In this document: one piece after another, positions 36,269 to 49,062 of the stretch | How positions within the stretch are numbered: position 1 is the first letter of the stretch | Layout of the letters: each line of letters begins with the position of its first letter | DNA from: Felis catus | Taxonomy: Eukaryota | Direction: 5' to 3' | DNA length: 64,000 nucleotides | Assembly (NCBI RefSeq): GCF_018350175.1 | Contig: NC_058368.1 | Span: 95,110,001 to 95,174,000 of the forward strand | Program-made: the position numbers and the translations under genes | Notes under the pieces: model-generated | Database searches by the model: none | The model's input: the letters and a program-made list of their open reading frames with translations, nothing else | Told to the model about the DNA's origin: nothing

Positions 36269-36309
36269 CTCTCGGTGTCTCCTTAAAAAGTGACCAAAAT
36301 GGCAAATGC

Positions 36310-36500
36310 TTCCAGCACTGGAGCCAGATCCCTAGCTTGTGTTGCACCAAGGGCATGGTGCTTAACCTCCGGTGCCTCTGTTTCCTTCTCTGAAACAAAT
36401 ATAATTGTACCGTAAGATTGTTACGGGGAGTAGGTGAATTAATATGCCCACTGCCCATGATACTTCTGGGCACACAGTAAGCCCAGTATAACATTAGCTT
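36310..36500 (+). mobile_element. MIR fossil
   Basis: cttaacctccggtgcctctgtttccttctctgaaa...ctgggcacacagtaag. Confidence 0.7.
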
Positions 36501-36779
36501 TTTTGGTTTTCGGGTCGATGTTCTCTCTTTGTTCTCTGTCATTCCCGTCCTGATCACACATCCTTAATCTCCCCAAAACACTGAAAAGACCCTGCCTGGA
36601 ATTCTTTACATTCTGTTCAACATAATTGGAACTGCGAGGGTATAGTATGATATATCATTTTAGGAAGCTTAGACTCGGTCTCCTGAAAGCCATTACTTTG
36701 AAAGGGCAACTACTTTCTGATTTTTGTGTTCCATGTGGGTCTTTAGGCAACTGGGTTTGCAGTCAGTCTGTAGTTGTAT

Positions 36780-37620
36780 CTGTTTAAGTGTGTCTGATGT
36801 AAAGAATCAAAAACCCAACAGAGGCTCCTGGGTGGCTCAGTCAGTTAAGTGTCCGACTTTGGCTCAGGTCATGATCTCACAGTTCGTGAGTTCTAGCCCC
36901 ATGTCTGCGCTCTGTGCTGCCAGCTCAGAGCCTGGAGCCTGCTTCGGATCCCATGTCTCCCTCTCTCTCTGCCCCTGCCCTGCTTGTACTCTGTCTCTCT
37001 CTCTCCTTCAAAAAATAAATAAGCATTAAAAAAATGTTAAAAGAATAAAAAACCCAACAAAGACAGTCTTCAACATTAGAAGCACGTAGATTACTGTGTC
37101 CAGCTGGTAGTTTACAGGTAGGACAGACCTTTGGATTACTTCAGGTCAGTAGTTCAACAATGTAATCAAGGTGTCTTTTCATTTTTCCTCTTTGCTCACC
37201 ACAACAGCAGATTCACCCTTAGGCCGGTCTTACCTCACAGGGGTAATCTGGCTGCTAACAAATTCTCAGGCTGCTGGCTTTCACAGGTATCCTTGGAGAG
37301 ATCCGAGAGGTGGCCATTCTCATAAGCTCTCTGAAAAGAGCAAAGATGGATCTTCCTTGGGAGTTACAGGAAAAAAATCGCCTCCAGTCTAACTGGCCCA
37401 CAGTTGTCTATCCACTTGGTGGACGATCCACTTGAGCCGATCAATGTAGCCATGGGGGAAGAACGTGGAGATTAGCTGAAGGCTGAGCTCCATAGCACCC
37501 TCAGTGGGCACAGGGGACAGTCACCTCCCTGCAAGCACAAGGTGCTCACGGAAGGTGTAGCTACCTGGAAATGAAACGAAATCAGGAGAGTTACCTGAAG
37601 AAGGGGAAATAGATGCTGGG
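36780..37620 (-). mobile_element. Old MaLR LTR (MLT1K/L-like), interrupted
   Basis: ttcaacaatgtaatcaagg, ccgatcaatgtagccatggggg, aaggggaaatagatgctggg. Confidence 0.5.
36821..37040 (+). mobile_element. Feline CAN-SINE with TSD
   Basis: TSD aaagaat(c/a)aaaaacccaaca. Confidence 0.92.
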
Positions 37621-38379
37621 GGGGTGAGGGGGGAGGGGTGATTTCGATATCAAATATAGTAACTATGCCACCTGACCAGAAGCTAGATTTTAGCTCGTCT
37701 AAAAGCATTCTTCTGCTCTCTGCTAAAAATATCACTTCAGCTCATCACACTCAAGAAAACCGTTTTTGTTTTTGTTCGCGTGTCTGTTTTGTTCCGTGTC
37801 AACAGCAAACACCACAATTCATACGTGTCTTGGCCTCATAATGTTGTAATTGGCTACAGTGGTCGACCTCTGCCCTCTGCTAATTCCTATTAGACATTAC
37901 TATAAAGGGTTAAGTGCATACCAACTAAGGCCTTTTCATATGTTTTACCAGTAATTATTTATGGTGCCCTACTTTTCAAAAGAGAATTGTAGCGGCCTTG
38001 AGACTTTCCTAGTTTGGATGTGCATTTGGATACATTCACTTACAGTTCGTAACAAACCTGATGAACTAGCAGTGAGTGAGACACAAGCATCGAGGGAGAC
38101 AGATGCTTCAGCCCTCCGGCCTCACACAGCTCCAGTGTGATAATCTGCTGTTCTCAACGTTTTTCCCGCTAAGTCACACATGAAAGAAGATGTGCACTCT
38201 GAGGACGGGCTCCCATGTGTGCTTCTCGGTGCATCGGCGTCTCCATGACCCGCTCCCTCCCCCTCCACAAAAACTCATCAGGATGCAAGGGAGTGCAAGA
38301 CATGTTTTTACAGGTACAAACTTGAATCTGCCCTAATTTATAAAAACAGACGAGTTATTGTTAAACTTTCATTTTTGCC

Positions 38380-38748
38380 TTATTCAACTGAGGCAAGACC
38401 ATGCTGCAGTAAGAAACAACTCTCAGGGGCATAAGGCAACATTTTGTTTCTTTCAGTACAGGGAGTCCCTCTGCCCATCACGGCCACCCAGCGACCCTGC
38501 TGGCCAAGATGCTGTCTCCAAACAGCTCACGCAGTCTCGCAGAGCTGGGGTAACGAAGTCCCCATCACCAATCACAAGCTCGTTCTTCATGTTTTTGCTG
38601 TGGAATGACACACATCACTTTTGTTCCCATTTCATGACCAAGGTAAGTCACACAGGCCATGCTACGTGGGGACAGGGAAACGCTGTCCTATGATATGCTC
38701 AGAAAAGGGAAAATGGAACATTTGTGGAAGCTCAAATGACCGCTACAG
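38380..38748 (-). mobile_element. LTR33-like ERVL solo LTR
   Basis: atgctgcagtaagaaacaac..gacacacatcacttttgttcccatttcatgaccaaggtaagtcacacaggcc..ctaca. Confidence 0.6.
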
Positions 38749-38767
38749 ATGTAAAAAGAGAAAAATT

Positions 38768-38990
38768 AGGGCAGCTGGGTGGCTCAGTTGGTTAAGTGTC
38801 TGACTTTGGCTCAGGTCATGATCTTCTGGCTCATGAGTTTAAGCCCCACGTCGGGCTCTGTACTGATGGCTCAGAGCTTGGAGCCTGCTTCAGATTCTGT
38901 CTCCCTCTCTCTCTGCTCCTCCCCTACTCATGCGCTTGCGCTCTCTCTCTCTCTCTCTCTCTCTGTCAAAAATAAAAACATGAAAAAAAA
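38768..38990 (+). mobile_element. CAN-SINE (monomer 1 of tandem pair)
   Basis: Head, CT tract and A tail. Confidence 0.9.
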
Positions 38991-39012
38991 TTTTAAAAAA
39001 ATTTTATGCTTC

Positions 39013-39222
39013 AGGGCACCTGGGTGGCTCAGTCGGTTAAGTGCCTGACGTCGGCTCAGGTCATGACCTCATGGTTCATGGGTTCAAGCCCTGCGTCGGG
39101 CTCTGTGCTGACTGCTCAGAGCCTGGAGTCTGCTTCAGATTCTGTCTCCCTCTCTCTCTGCTCCTCCCCTACTCATGCTCTGTCACTCTCTCTCAAAAAT
39201 AAATAAAAATTTTAAAAAAATA
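39013..39222 (+). mobile_element. CAN-SINE (monomer 2 of tandem pair)
   Basis: Head, CT tract and A tail; aaagagaaaaatta flanks the whole pair. Confidence 0.9.
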
Positions 39223-39835
39223 CAAAGAGAAAAATTATTAAAAAGAAATGAGTTATGACATACCCCACTGCTCTGTTCATGAATTGTGCCTCCTGCTATC
39301 CAGTAAAAGCTCAGTTGGGCATTCCCTCAGCTGAGGCGCATTCTTCTTGTCCCGTTGTCTCTAGCTTGCTACCTAGAAAGCAGTACTTCATGGACATTTT
39401 GCTGGCATTCACTTATTGCACATCCTGGTCTAGCGAAACTTAGAATTGTATGTCTTTACACATATGCACGAGCTTAATACCTAGATAAACACAGGGCTAG
39501 TCTGTCACATATGCTCAGAATCAAAAGATGAAAATAGTCCTTCAAGAAAACAGTGGTGAACTGGACTGAAACTCAGTTTAAATAGCTACCTAACATTAGA
39601 CAGTGCAATCTCTATTCTATAAATACCCACATATGCATATTTATAATGCTTAGGGAAAAAACGGAAATAGATTCGCTAAAATACTAACAGTGATTCTATG
39701 TGGTTATAATCATGATTGGAATATTAATTTGTATTTTACTTTTCTTTGATCTGGATCTTCTCAATTCTCTATAATGTCTTAACAAGAAATAAAACTGTTG
39801 TTTTTGTGATTAGGCGACACAAGTGAAGAACAACC

Positions 39836-40443
39836 AGAGGAGGCCAAATTCTAAGATGGCCCCAGGACCCTTGTCCCTCAAGGTGCATGTTTTGTACATT
39901 CTCTTCCTCTGAGTGTGACTGTCATGGACTGTCACTCCCTTATCATTGTGTTATGTTTGTGGCAAAAGACATTTTGGTGATATAATTAAGGTCCTATCAG
40001 TGGATTTTGAGCTAATCAGAAGGGAGATTATTGTGGGTGGACATGAGCTCATCAGGTGGGCCCTTACAAGATGGCTTCTTTTTGAAAGAACAGTCTGCTG
40101 CCATGGTGGGAGTGGAGGGGGCCATGTGGCAAGGACCAGAGGGTGGCTTCTGGGAGCTGAGAGCAGTCCATGCCTGACAGCTCGCAAGAGAACAGGGACC
40201 TCAGTAACTCAGCTGCGAAGAAATTAATTCTACTCCCCACCAGTGAGGGGTAGAGAGGGCTCTGCACCTCCAAGGAAATAGCAACCCCCTTCTACGCCCT
40301 GATTTCAGCCTGTTGAGGTCCTGAGCAGAGTTCCTAGCTAACCAGTGCCTGGACTCAGCCCCTGGGCATGGAGAGATAATGCATTTATGTTGTCTTAAGT
40401 CACAGAGTTTGTGATGCTTCATGACACCGTAATGAAACCTACA
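39836..40443 (+). mobile_element. MLT1E-like MaLR solo LTR
   Basis: aattctaagatggcccc, aagggagattat, ggccatgtggcaagga, gttgtcttaagtcac. Confidence 0.8.
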
Positions 40444-40544
40444 CTGTCCTTTCAACAGCTGCCAAACGCTTCTACCATTCAGTAGATTTTATTTGAAATC
40501 AGGAAACAGTGAGGCTGAACGTACATTTTCAAGAGAAGAAAGAG

Positions 40545-40735
40545 AGGCGCCTGGGTGGCTCAGTCGGTTGAGCATCCAGCTTTGGCTCAGGTTGTGATCT
40601 TGCAGTTCATGAGTTTGAGCCCAGCGTCAGGCTCTCTGCTGTCAGCACGGAGTCCGCTTTGGATCTTCTTCTCCCTCTCTCTCTCTGCCTCTCCTCTGCT
40701 TGTGCTCTCTCAGAAATAAACATTTTTTTAAAAAG
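40545..40735 (+). mobile_element. CAN-SINE
   Basis: ggcgcctgggtggctcagtcgg head. Confidence 0.9.
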
Positions 40736-40914
40736 AAGAAGGAGGAAGAGATTCTTCAAATAGAAATCAGCGTTGCAGTAGCTTTAATGAGAGGTTACTG
40801 GGAGAGGCACAGGAGGGGACCTGGGGCAGTGCTGGAAATTGTCGGCATCTTGGTAAGGGTGCTTGATCTAGACGCTGGTATATACATATATTAAAACATA
40901 TTGAGCAGGACCCT

Positions 40915-41039
40915 TTTTAAAAAAATTTTTTTTAAGTTTATTTATTCATTTTTAAGTAATCTCTACACCCAACATTGGGCTCAAACCCGTGAGCCTGAGA
41001 TCAAGACTCACACGCTCCTCTGAGCCAGCCAGGTGCCCC
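40915..41039 (-). mobile_element. Short SINEC_c-type SINE
   Basis: taagtaatctctacacccaac..gagatcaagac..gagccagccaggtgcccc. Confidence 0.82.
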
Positions 41040-41189
41040 TGGTACTGTATACTTAAGATTTGTGTGTGTGTAACTTGTATCGCAACAAAAAAATAATGAA
41101 AACCCAGTGAGCTTAATATTTAGTCATGACCATAACTCTGTAGGGTAAAATCTGTGCTTATTGGGCCTGGTAGGCCCTCAAAGAATAGT

Positions 41190-41336
41190 TTTGTGTGTGT
41201 GGTAAGATATACAGAACATGAAGTTTACCATTGTAATAATTTTAAGTGTACAATTCAGTGACATTAAGTACGTTCACACTGTTATGGAGAGCACCACTGT
41301 CCATCTCCAGGACTTTTTCATCATTCCAAACTGAAA
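41190..41336 (-). mobile_element. L1MB-like 3' end
   Basis: ttttaagtgtacaattcagtgacattaagtacgttcac..catctccaggactttttcatc. Confidence 0.75.
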
Positions 41337-41537
41337 AGAAATATGTTTTTTATTGAGATACCTGGCTCTATTTTCTTTCTGCTGTGCATGACCAGCCACG
41401 AAACGATGTAGGGTAGTTACCAAAGCACCCGCTAATAGTATGCTGAATTTATGTGTGAGGTTGACATACGCTCTCAGAGGCTTCCAAGTTTTAGTGAAGT
41501 AAATATTCTTTGAAGACGGCTGTTTATTTTACCCAAT

Positions 41538-41738
41538 TTTATTTTATTTTTTTTATTTTTTAATGCTTCTTTATTTTGGGAGAGAGAGCATGCACGCACG
41601 AGCAGGAAAGGGGCAGAAGGGGAGAGAGAGAATCCCAAGCAGGCTCTGCACTGACAGTGGGACTCGATCCCATGAATCACGAGATCATGACCTGAGCCAA
41701 AGTCAGACATTTAACCAACTGAGCCACCCCATTGCCCC
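41538..41738 (-). mobile_element. CAN-SINE
   Basis: Reverse copy. Confidence 0.88.
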
Positions 41739-43069
41739 TCTTTTACTTAATTTTATAAACCAGGATTTTTATTAATCCCTTTCTAGTCCCCCCCCCATCA
41801 TTTCCTTGCCCAAACCACTTTCTCTGTTGTAATAGTTACTTGTGGTTCTCAAAACCGAGACCTTTGACCCTTGTCCCTGTGTCTCACCTGAAATGCTGTC
41901 CCATCCTATGCCTGCCAGACTTCGTGAACTTATTCAGAAAATTGTTTTGGGCACAGAATGTGTGCTAGGTGCTGGGGATAGACTGGTGGATGTGACTTAA
42001 TGGACTTAGTCCTGTCATCCTGGCCCTTGTCTTCTGATACCAGCTCTTTGTGAAACTCTCTTCTGCCTTCCTTCTGTATTCTTCTCACCCTCCACCATTG
42101 GCTGAGGCTCTTTTTAGAATTTATACACACACCCCCCCTTCAGAAAAATCCCTCCGTGGATCACATTTATTTATATCCCTGTCTCCTCTGTTTAACTGAA
42201 AGTTCCTTGAAAATTGGGCTCTTCCTTGTTCGCCTGTGTGTCCTGCGTCCCTAACACATTGCCTTGCTGGGTTGACTCTCATTGAATACTCTCTAAATGA
42301 CTGAGTTGGTGTGGGGTAGGGATGTTAAGGTTATAATTGCATTATAGACGCTTACCCAAAGATCACGGCACCTTCACATCTGTAAGCTACTACAAAGTTT
42401 AGTTAATAGTTAAATGGGTAGACAAAACGAGGAGGGCACATTTAAACTCTCCTTGCGATGGATTTATATTATTAATTAAACAGAGGTACGTAGGAACCTG
42501 TGCACATGTACTTCTTCCGCTAGAAATCGGCTCCCTTTCTTATTAATTAAGCTGGAGATTGCACGGTATAAATCTCCCAATGGTTATTCCACTCATGTCA
42601 TACATACTAATGAGGGCGAGTGTGGTGTTGGTGGTGGTGGTGGAAATCACTTATTCAGCTGTGGGAAAAATAACATCAGGGCTCAGACCCCCTGCTGACT
42701 TTGCACACAGTTTTTCAAAGCTTTAAATTGGCATGCTAATTAAGTGGCTGAGCGCACTAAATAAAGAACACGTCATAGCACGGGTTAGAAGCGACTCCTT
42801 GTGTTTCTTCACTTAGCATCTCGTAGGTAAGGGTAGACAGTATAGACCCCTTCTCCACCTCTCTTTCCATCAGACCAGACGTCGTCTGCCGTTTTCCAGG
42901 TTTCCATCACAATCGTAGTTCAGAGGAGTGTTCAGAGTTCCCAGCAGCCCCAGGGAGACTAATTTTGATACAAAATGTCAGTTATGCTTGTCGCTTTCAT
43001 ACTGTGTGTATTTAACATTTAAAAACGTGGGTGATAATCTTCTTAGCTAAGAATGTCTGAAAACACCTA

Positions 43070-43395
43070 CCCTTGACTCTTGAACAGGAGGGTTAGGGGC
43101 GCTGATCCCCACACAGTCAAAAATCCAGGTATAACCTTTGACTCCCCCAAACAGTTAACTACCGCTGTTGACTAGAAGCCTTGCCGATAACATCATCGAT
43201 TAACACAGATATATATGTTATATGGATTATATACTATATTCCTACAGTAAAGAAAACTAAAGAAAACAAAATGTTATTTCAGAAAATCAGAATGAAGTGA
43301 AAATACATGTACTGTACTCTCCCGTATTTATTGAAGAAAATCCGCTTGGGAGGGGACGCGTGCAGTTCAAACCCATGTTACTCAAGGGTCAATAG
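43070..43395. mobile_element. Tigger2a/MER28-like TcMar non-autonomous element
   Basis: ttgactcttgaac..ggttaggggcgctga start; gcagttcaaacccatgttactcaagggtcaa end; TA flanks. Confidence 0.85.
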
Positions 43396-43740
43396 TATTC
43401 TGGAAAACAGATACTCAGATTTGATGATTGTGCCTACAACATTTACTCACTTCCAGAAAGAGAAGAAAGGTTAAGTCCCCAAGTCATTGTTTTATCTAGA
43501 GGAAATGATACAAGCTCTTCCTGGAAATGAAATATGTGTTATTTTCTACAAGCCCACATGCTTCGTCAGCTGTATTTGTATCCGGACTAAGGTTAAGGAT
43601 GGCAGAACTGAAATATGGCAATGTTAATTTCACAGTCTATCCACCTGCTGTTTTTTTTTTTCTTTTCTGAATGTCAGTACGCATCTTTCTTTAAATCACA
43701 GGGAAAGCATTTATGTGAGTATGAATATGCAAAGATGACT

Positions 43741-43947
43741 TTTTTTTCTAGGTTTATTTATTTTGAGAGAGAGAGAGCAGGCTCGTGCAAGCAGAGGAGG
43801 GGCAGACAGAGAGGGAGACAGAGAGAATCCCAAGCAGGCTCTGTACTGTCAGCATGGAGCTCAACACAGGGCTGGAACTCACAAACCGTGAGATCATGAC
43901 CTGAGCCGAAGTCAGACGCTTAAGCGACTGAGCCACTCGGGTGCCCC
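43741..43947 (-). mobile_element. CAN-SINE with TSD
   Basis: TSD aaag(a/c)tgacttttt. Confidence 0.9.
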
Positions 43948-44655
43948 TAAAGCTGACTTTTAAATTGTTTCATAAGGACGTTGAGTTGAAACAACTCTTC
44001 CCACAGGAAAATGGGTGACTTGGTATTGCCATTTTCTTCCCTACCTTTTGCTTTTCCGAATGTTACGGGCATAAAAATGTAGAAACAACTCATGCTAAGC
44101 AACTGCCGGTGGATTGGTGAATTGATTGAATGTGTTTGTTTAGATTGTGGCTGGACCAAAACCTAGAACCTAGAGGTCCAGGCATGGGCAGCGTCTTGGC
44201 CAGTGTCACACAGCCGGCTCACAACACGGCCAAGAGCGGACCCTCAGTGCGCACTGCCAACTGGATTATCATGCCACTGGAGATAAGAGACATAACTGCA
44301 AAAAGGAATTTCCCCCTCTCTTTTGTTTCCTTATTTTTTTTCACCCAAGTTTTCCTCCATCTGTGTCTTGATATGGTATATATTAGCAGTAATAAAAGAA
44401 CTCACTTTTGTTTTCATTTCTAATTTTTCTTGATGCATCCAATTCCCGCCCCCTCCCCCCGCCCCCGGCTAACACTTTCCACCCCTGCTCCTCAATATTC
44501 TGTTCCTCAGGGAGCTGGATCTGTTTTTCATGTTTTCTTGGCTGAATCAACACAGCAGGAAGAATTAAAATGCTGACTTTGTCTTTTTCCTTATATTACC
44601 ACAAAAGTAGAGGGAGATGGGGTGGTGGGGAGGGAAGTCTTAAATAACCGTAAGA

Positions 44656-44786
44656 GGGCGCCTGGGCGGCTCAGTCGGTTAAGTGTCCAACTTCAGCTCA
44701 GGTCATGATCCTGTGGTTTGTGAGTTTGAGCCCCAAATCAGGCTCTGCAGTGGTGGTGCGGAGCCTGCTTGGGGTTCTCTCTGTGC

Positions 44787-44830
<44 letters not shown>

Positions 44831-44844
44831 GCTTCCCCACTTGT

Positions 44845-44880
<36 letters not shown>

Positions 44881-44945
44881 GCTTCCCCACTTGTGTTCTC
44901 TCTCTCTCTCTCTCTCTCTGTCAAAACAAATAAATAAACTTAACC
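44656..44945 (+). mobile_element. CAN-SINE with internal tandem duplication
   Basis: tgccgcttccccacttgtgttc(tc)n occurs twice. Confidence 0.9.
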
Positions 44946-44967
44946 TAAGAAACTGCTCCTTAAAAAA

Positions 44968-44988
44968 ATTTTTTTTAATGTTTATTAT

Positions 44989-45022
<34 letters not shown>

Positions 45023-45182
45023 CGTGCACTAATGGGGGGGGGCAGGGAGAGAGGGAGACACAGAATCTGAAGCAGCCCGAGCAGGCAGCACAGAGCTTGA
45101 CAGCGGGCTCGAACCCATGGACTGCAAGATCATAACCTGAGTCAAAGTCAAACACTGGACCGACTGAGCCGCCCGGGCACCT
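44968..45182 (-). mobile_element. CAN-SINE
   Basis: Reverse copy ending gagccgcccgggcacc. Confidence 0.88.
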
Positions 45183-47159
45183 TCTCTAAGAGGGTCTTTC
45201 CGGCACACCAGTCACCTTGTGTTGCTGACTCACAGAGGGGATCCTGTTTTCTAATGACTGTATTGAATCGGATTCCATTTTCACCCAGTGACACCATTCT
45301 CGAAGCTGGCACCTCTGCTAGAGAAGAGAGAGGGGACGCGCCACACGGCGAGGGGATGTGATATATCCGCCACGTTCTTGGAAGGAGTGGAATGTACCAC
45401 ACAAGGGCCGACTCCAGATCTGATCTGGGTAAGTCATGACCCCTTTGGGCCTTGTGGCCTCATCTACAAAATGGGGACAAAAACTCCTCCTTCTCCAGCG
45501 AGGCCGTGGCGGTTAACCAAAGCGCTTGGCACAAAGCCTGGCCTGCAGTCTGTTAGCGTTTTTGCCGAGGGGCGCCAACAGGCAAGGCACAATTTCTTGG
45601 GAATATTCGCAGGTTCTCTCTGAACTTCTTAGTCATGAAACGGAGCTCTGTTTCACCAAGTTTTCTTTCTTGTGGCTTGAGGGAGGGGAACGTGTTCATG
45701 CCTCCGGGAGGGGTGAAGGAGGAAGATGGTAGGACCCACATAAGACATCGGGGGCTCAGCCGAGTGGCCGGAGTCCCAGCCATGCTCTAATCCTCGGGAA
45801 GAAGTGCGGTGCCAGGCTGGAAACTGAGGCAAGAGCCAGAGACCCGAGTGGAGCAGGGCTTCTTCCAGTAAATTCCACTGCCCGTTGGCTGGAGGTTCTG
45901 AGCTGACTCGTGCTAAGGATTGCTTCCCAGTGGCATCACCGACTCCTTCCAAACTGGCTTTGGTTCCAAGTTCTGATGGGGGCGGGGGGTGCCCTCTTGT
46001 CATCTCTGTCTGTGTAGCGACATAGGCCCCCACCCTTCACACGCATCCACTGCTTTCTTGGGTGTTCCTGGTGGCCCCTCTGCTCTTACCCGACATTCTA
46101 GGCTCCTACCTCTGGGTGCATGGAAGGTTTTCATGCTTTCTAGAACGCTATCTCCTTTCATCCCTACGCTGTCAACACTGGCATTTGCAAAGCCACCTCT
46201 GTATATGCAGTGGAACAATGTCAGCACTGCCCGTTCTGTTGAGACAGGAAACCCCACCTTGATACAGAGATTCAAGATGTGGGTGCAGGTCTACACGGAT
46301 CCTCAACGACCTGGAATCTCTGGTCACCGAGAGATTTCATGGGATACGTCTGGAGGGCATTTCCACATCACCTCAGGCCCAGAGATCCCCCCCCCCAAAC
46401 TTGGCCCTCCCGTCCTGGTCAACCCCCACGCCGTGAGAGCCGCACGATCCTTCGGAGAAGTAGACGATGCCTCTTATGCAGGCAGCTTCTTTCTGCGTGG
46501 ACCCGACCCACGGGGCTTCATTGAACCTGCTCCCCTTCTCGTGCTCCTCCCCGTGTGACAAGAGGGAGAATGAGGCTCTCCATAATACGGCGTGAAAGCG
46601 CCGAGAGGAGGTGGAATCTAGGGTAAAAATTCATTTTTCTTGTTGCCATATTTCTTCTGCTTGTTAGACTTTCTTTGCACCCTCAAGCTCTTGTCAGCGA
46701 CCCATTTGTGAATGGAGACGTTTCCGCTTTGAAGTCATAATTTATCCTTGCAAGAGCTGCTAAAAGAAGCACTTTTAAACTCAGATCTGAGCGTAGGCTG
46801 GGAATTATAAGTCACCTCCGAGCACTTGGGTAAATTGCAAAGAGTAGAGTCTTTTTACCTCAGGGAGTCAATTTTAACTTACTGCTTTTTTTTCTCTGAA
46901 GATACTTCGCTCAAACATTTTCTCCCCCTTGCTTTCATTGCGAATCTTGACTCAGGCTGTACAAATTAGCCATTTGCGATTTATTTATGACGTTTAGTTT
47001 GCTATAAGTTAACTGGTGACTACCTTAGCATTAACCATCTAGCTAAACAAGAGTTTTAAAAATTAGCCTATGGAAAGCCTAGGGAAACACTAAATTTTTC
47101 CAGTCTCCTCCAAGAAAATTACAGTTACCACCAGCCATCTCTCTAACATGGCGTCAGAG

Positions 47160-47370
47160 AGAGGATATAGCAGAGGTGGGCAAACCATGGACACTAGCAT
47201 CCATATGCCTGGATTCGACTCATGCCTTTAACCACTAAGTTGGCTCTGTGACCTAGAGCAAGTTACTAAACCTCTCTGTGCCTTGGGTTCCTCATCTGGG
47301 AATGGAAACAATGCCCGTACGCAAATAGTAGATGCATTAAACTATAACTCAAGGCAGAGTGGTGCTTGGG
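47160..47370 (+). mobile_element. MIR fossil
   Basis: ctgtgacctagagcaagttactaaacctctctgtgccttgggttcctcatctg. Confidence 0.8.
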
Positions 47371-47592
47371 GCCTAGAAAGAAAAACGGAAATATGCTTTC
47401 TTCTCATTACGTTGTCTTCTGAATGTGTAGTATTTGAATTCTTAGAGGAGCAAGACATACAGATAGGCCAGGAAAACATGTATTTGTAAAATCAGGTCTC
47501 TTTTGCTTTTATATTACATTAACTATAAAATCGGCTAAGAGAAGCAGATCAGATTTTAATACAAAAGTGCCCCATAGATGGAGTCACTGAAA

Positions 47593-47639
<47 letters not shown>

Positions 47640-47645
47640 TGTGTG
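47593..47645. repeat. (TG)n microsatellite
   Basis: Direct repeat. Confidence 0.95.
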
Positions 47646-48156
47646 AAGTACAATCTGCTGCCTTATCTGTGTGGATCTTCTGGGTCTTATGACAGTGCTG
47701 TTTTGAGCCTCCTGTTTTAAAGTTGGAGAGAAATGTCTTCAATGTGTGAGATTGCACAGTACAACCCGTCTGAATGAACAGGGCTATAGTAAGTGGCCAG
47801 CCAATGTCTCTGGTGGCTCCCTTCACCCCTTGCCTACCTTTCCACACCCTCTCAGGAGGGAAGGACAAGTAACACATTTTATGTGAGCTTTACAAGAACA
47901 GAAAAATAATAAAAACATGTATCTATCTCCATATGTTACTGCTTTTCCCACGTACTGAGTTTTCAGGGTAACTATCCTGTTAAATTTGCCCGTTGCTGAC
48001 GAAGCTATTCAGGAGTAAACAATACCCTCTGTCATTTGATAGGCAGCCAAATTTTCCTCAGAAGATTCTTTTGGAACCCCCTAAAATGTCCCTTTGTTGG
48101 AATCCACAGAAAGTCACAAGAGAACAGCTGAGCTGTGTAACTGAGTTTAATTTATT

Positions 48157-48170
48157 ATGTGCGCACGCGT

Positions 48171-48209
<39 letters not shown>
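48157..48209. repeat. (CA)n microsatellite with a CG-alternating start
   Basis: tgtgcgcacgcgtgcacacac... Confidence 0.95.
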
Positions 48210-48210
<1 letters not shown>

Positions 48211-48689
48211 CCTTGTCCCTCATTCCTTCATGTTTTCCTGGGGTTGGTTAGCAAAAATACTTGAGGCTGACTCTCCTGATTTGGGGCCATGACTGCTCTA
48301 CCTTTCCAGGAGTTCAAATGCATTACGGTCATTCTTTCATCTCCAGTGTGACCTTAGCAGAGCTGTCCTGTCATACCCATTTTATTGCCAGAAAGTCCAA
48401 GGAGAATTCCAGGGATTTGGCCACATCGGGGGTAAAACCTATTAATTACCTGGCAGTTGTGATTCAGCCACAGACTCAAGCAGTTCTCCAGTTGTTGGGG
48501 GGCCCCTGGGGGGAGAGGTGGATATAGGGAGAGGTTTGCACAGTCTCAGCCTGGAGGCTCAGAGTTCTGTGTCCAACACTGTTTCCTTCCTTCTGATCCT
48601 GCACGAAGATAAGGTCCTCTCGTATCTTGCTTTCGGTGCCCACACATATCCTTCCCTTCTAATATGTATCGTGTTGCAATCTTATATTG

Positions 48690-48825
48690 GTCTTTATGAT
48701 CACCTGAATAATCTGTCTCCTCTGGGAGGGCGGGAGCTCCATAAGGAGAATGTTTTCCTAATCACTGTATTCTCAGCACCTAACCCAGTGCCTGGCATAC
48801 AGTTGGTACTTAATGACTGGTTGAG
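48690..48825 (+). mobile_element. L2 3' end
   Basis: cactgtattctcagcacctaacccagtgcctggcatacagttggtacttaat. Confidence 0.75.
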
Positions 48826-49062
48826 GGCTGTCCTCTCTGTGCATGTTTCTTATGCAACTTCTCAGTGTCCTCTACAATACCACTGACTCAGTGAGTGCTG
48901 ACAGTGGCCAGATGGGATAGGGGAGTTGGACATCATCACATAGTCCTCCGGGCAGGCAAGTATTTTCCGTCAACCGACAGTTTAATGAGAATAGATTTGC
49001 ACTGTTTACTTACTTTGCACTCAGTGCTAAAAATTAAGGGAAATGGTAAAAAGTACAATAGT

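Noticed and set aside
45989..46558. 189-aa ORF
   Set aside because: Non-ATG start, no recognisable homology, no convincing splice context.
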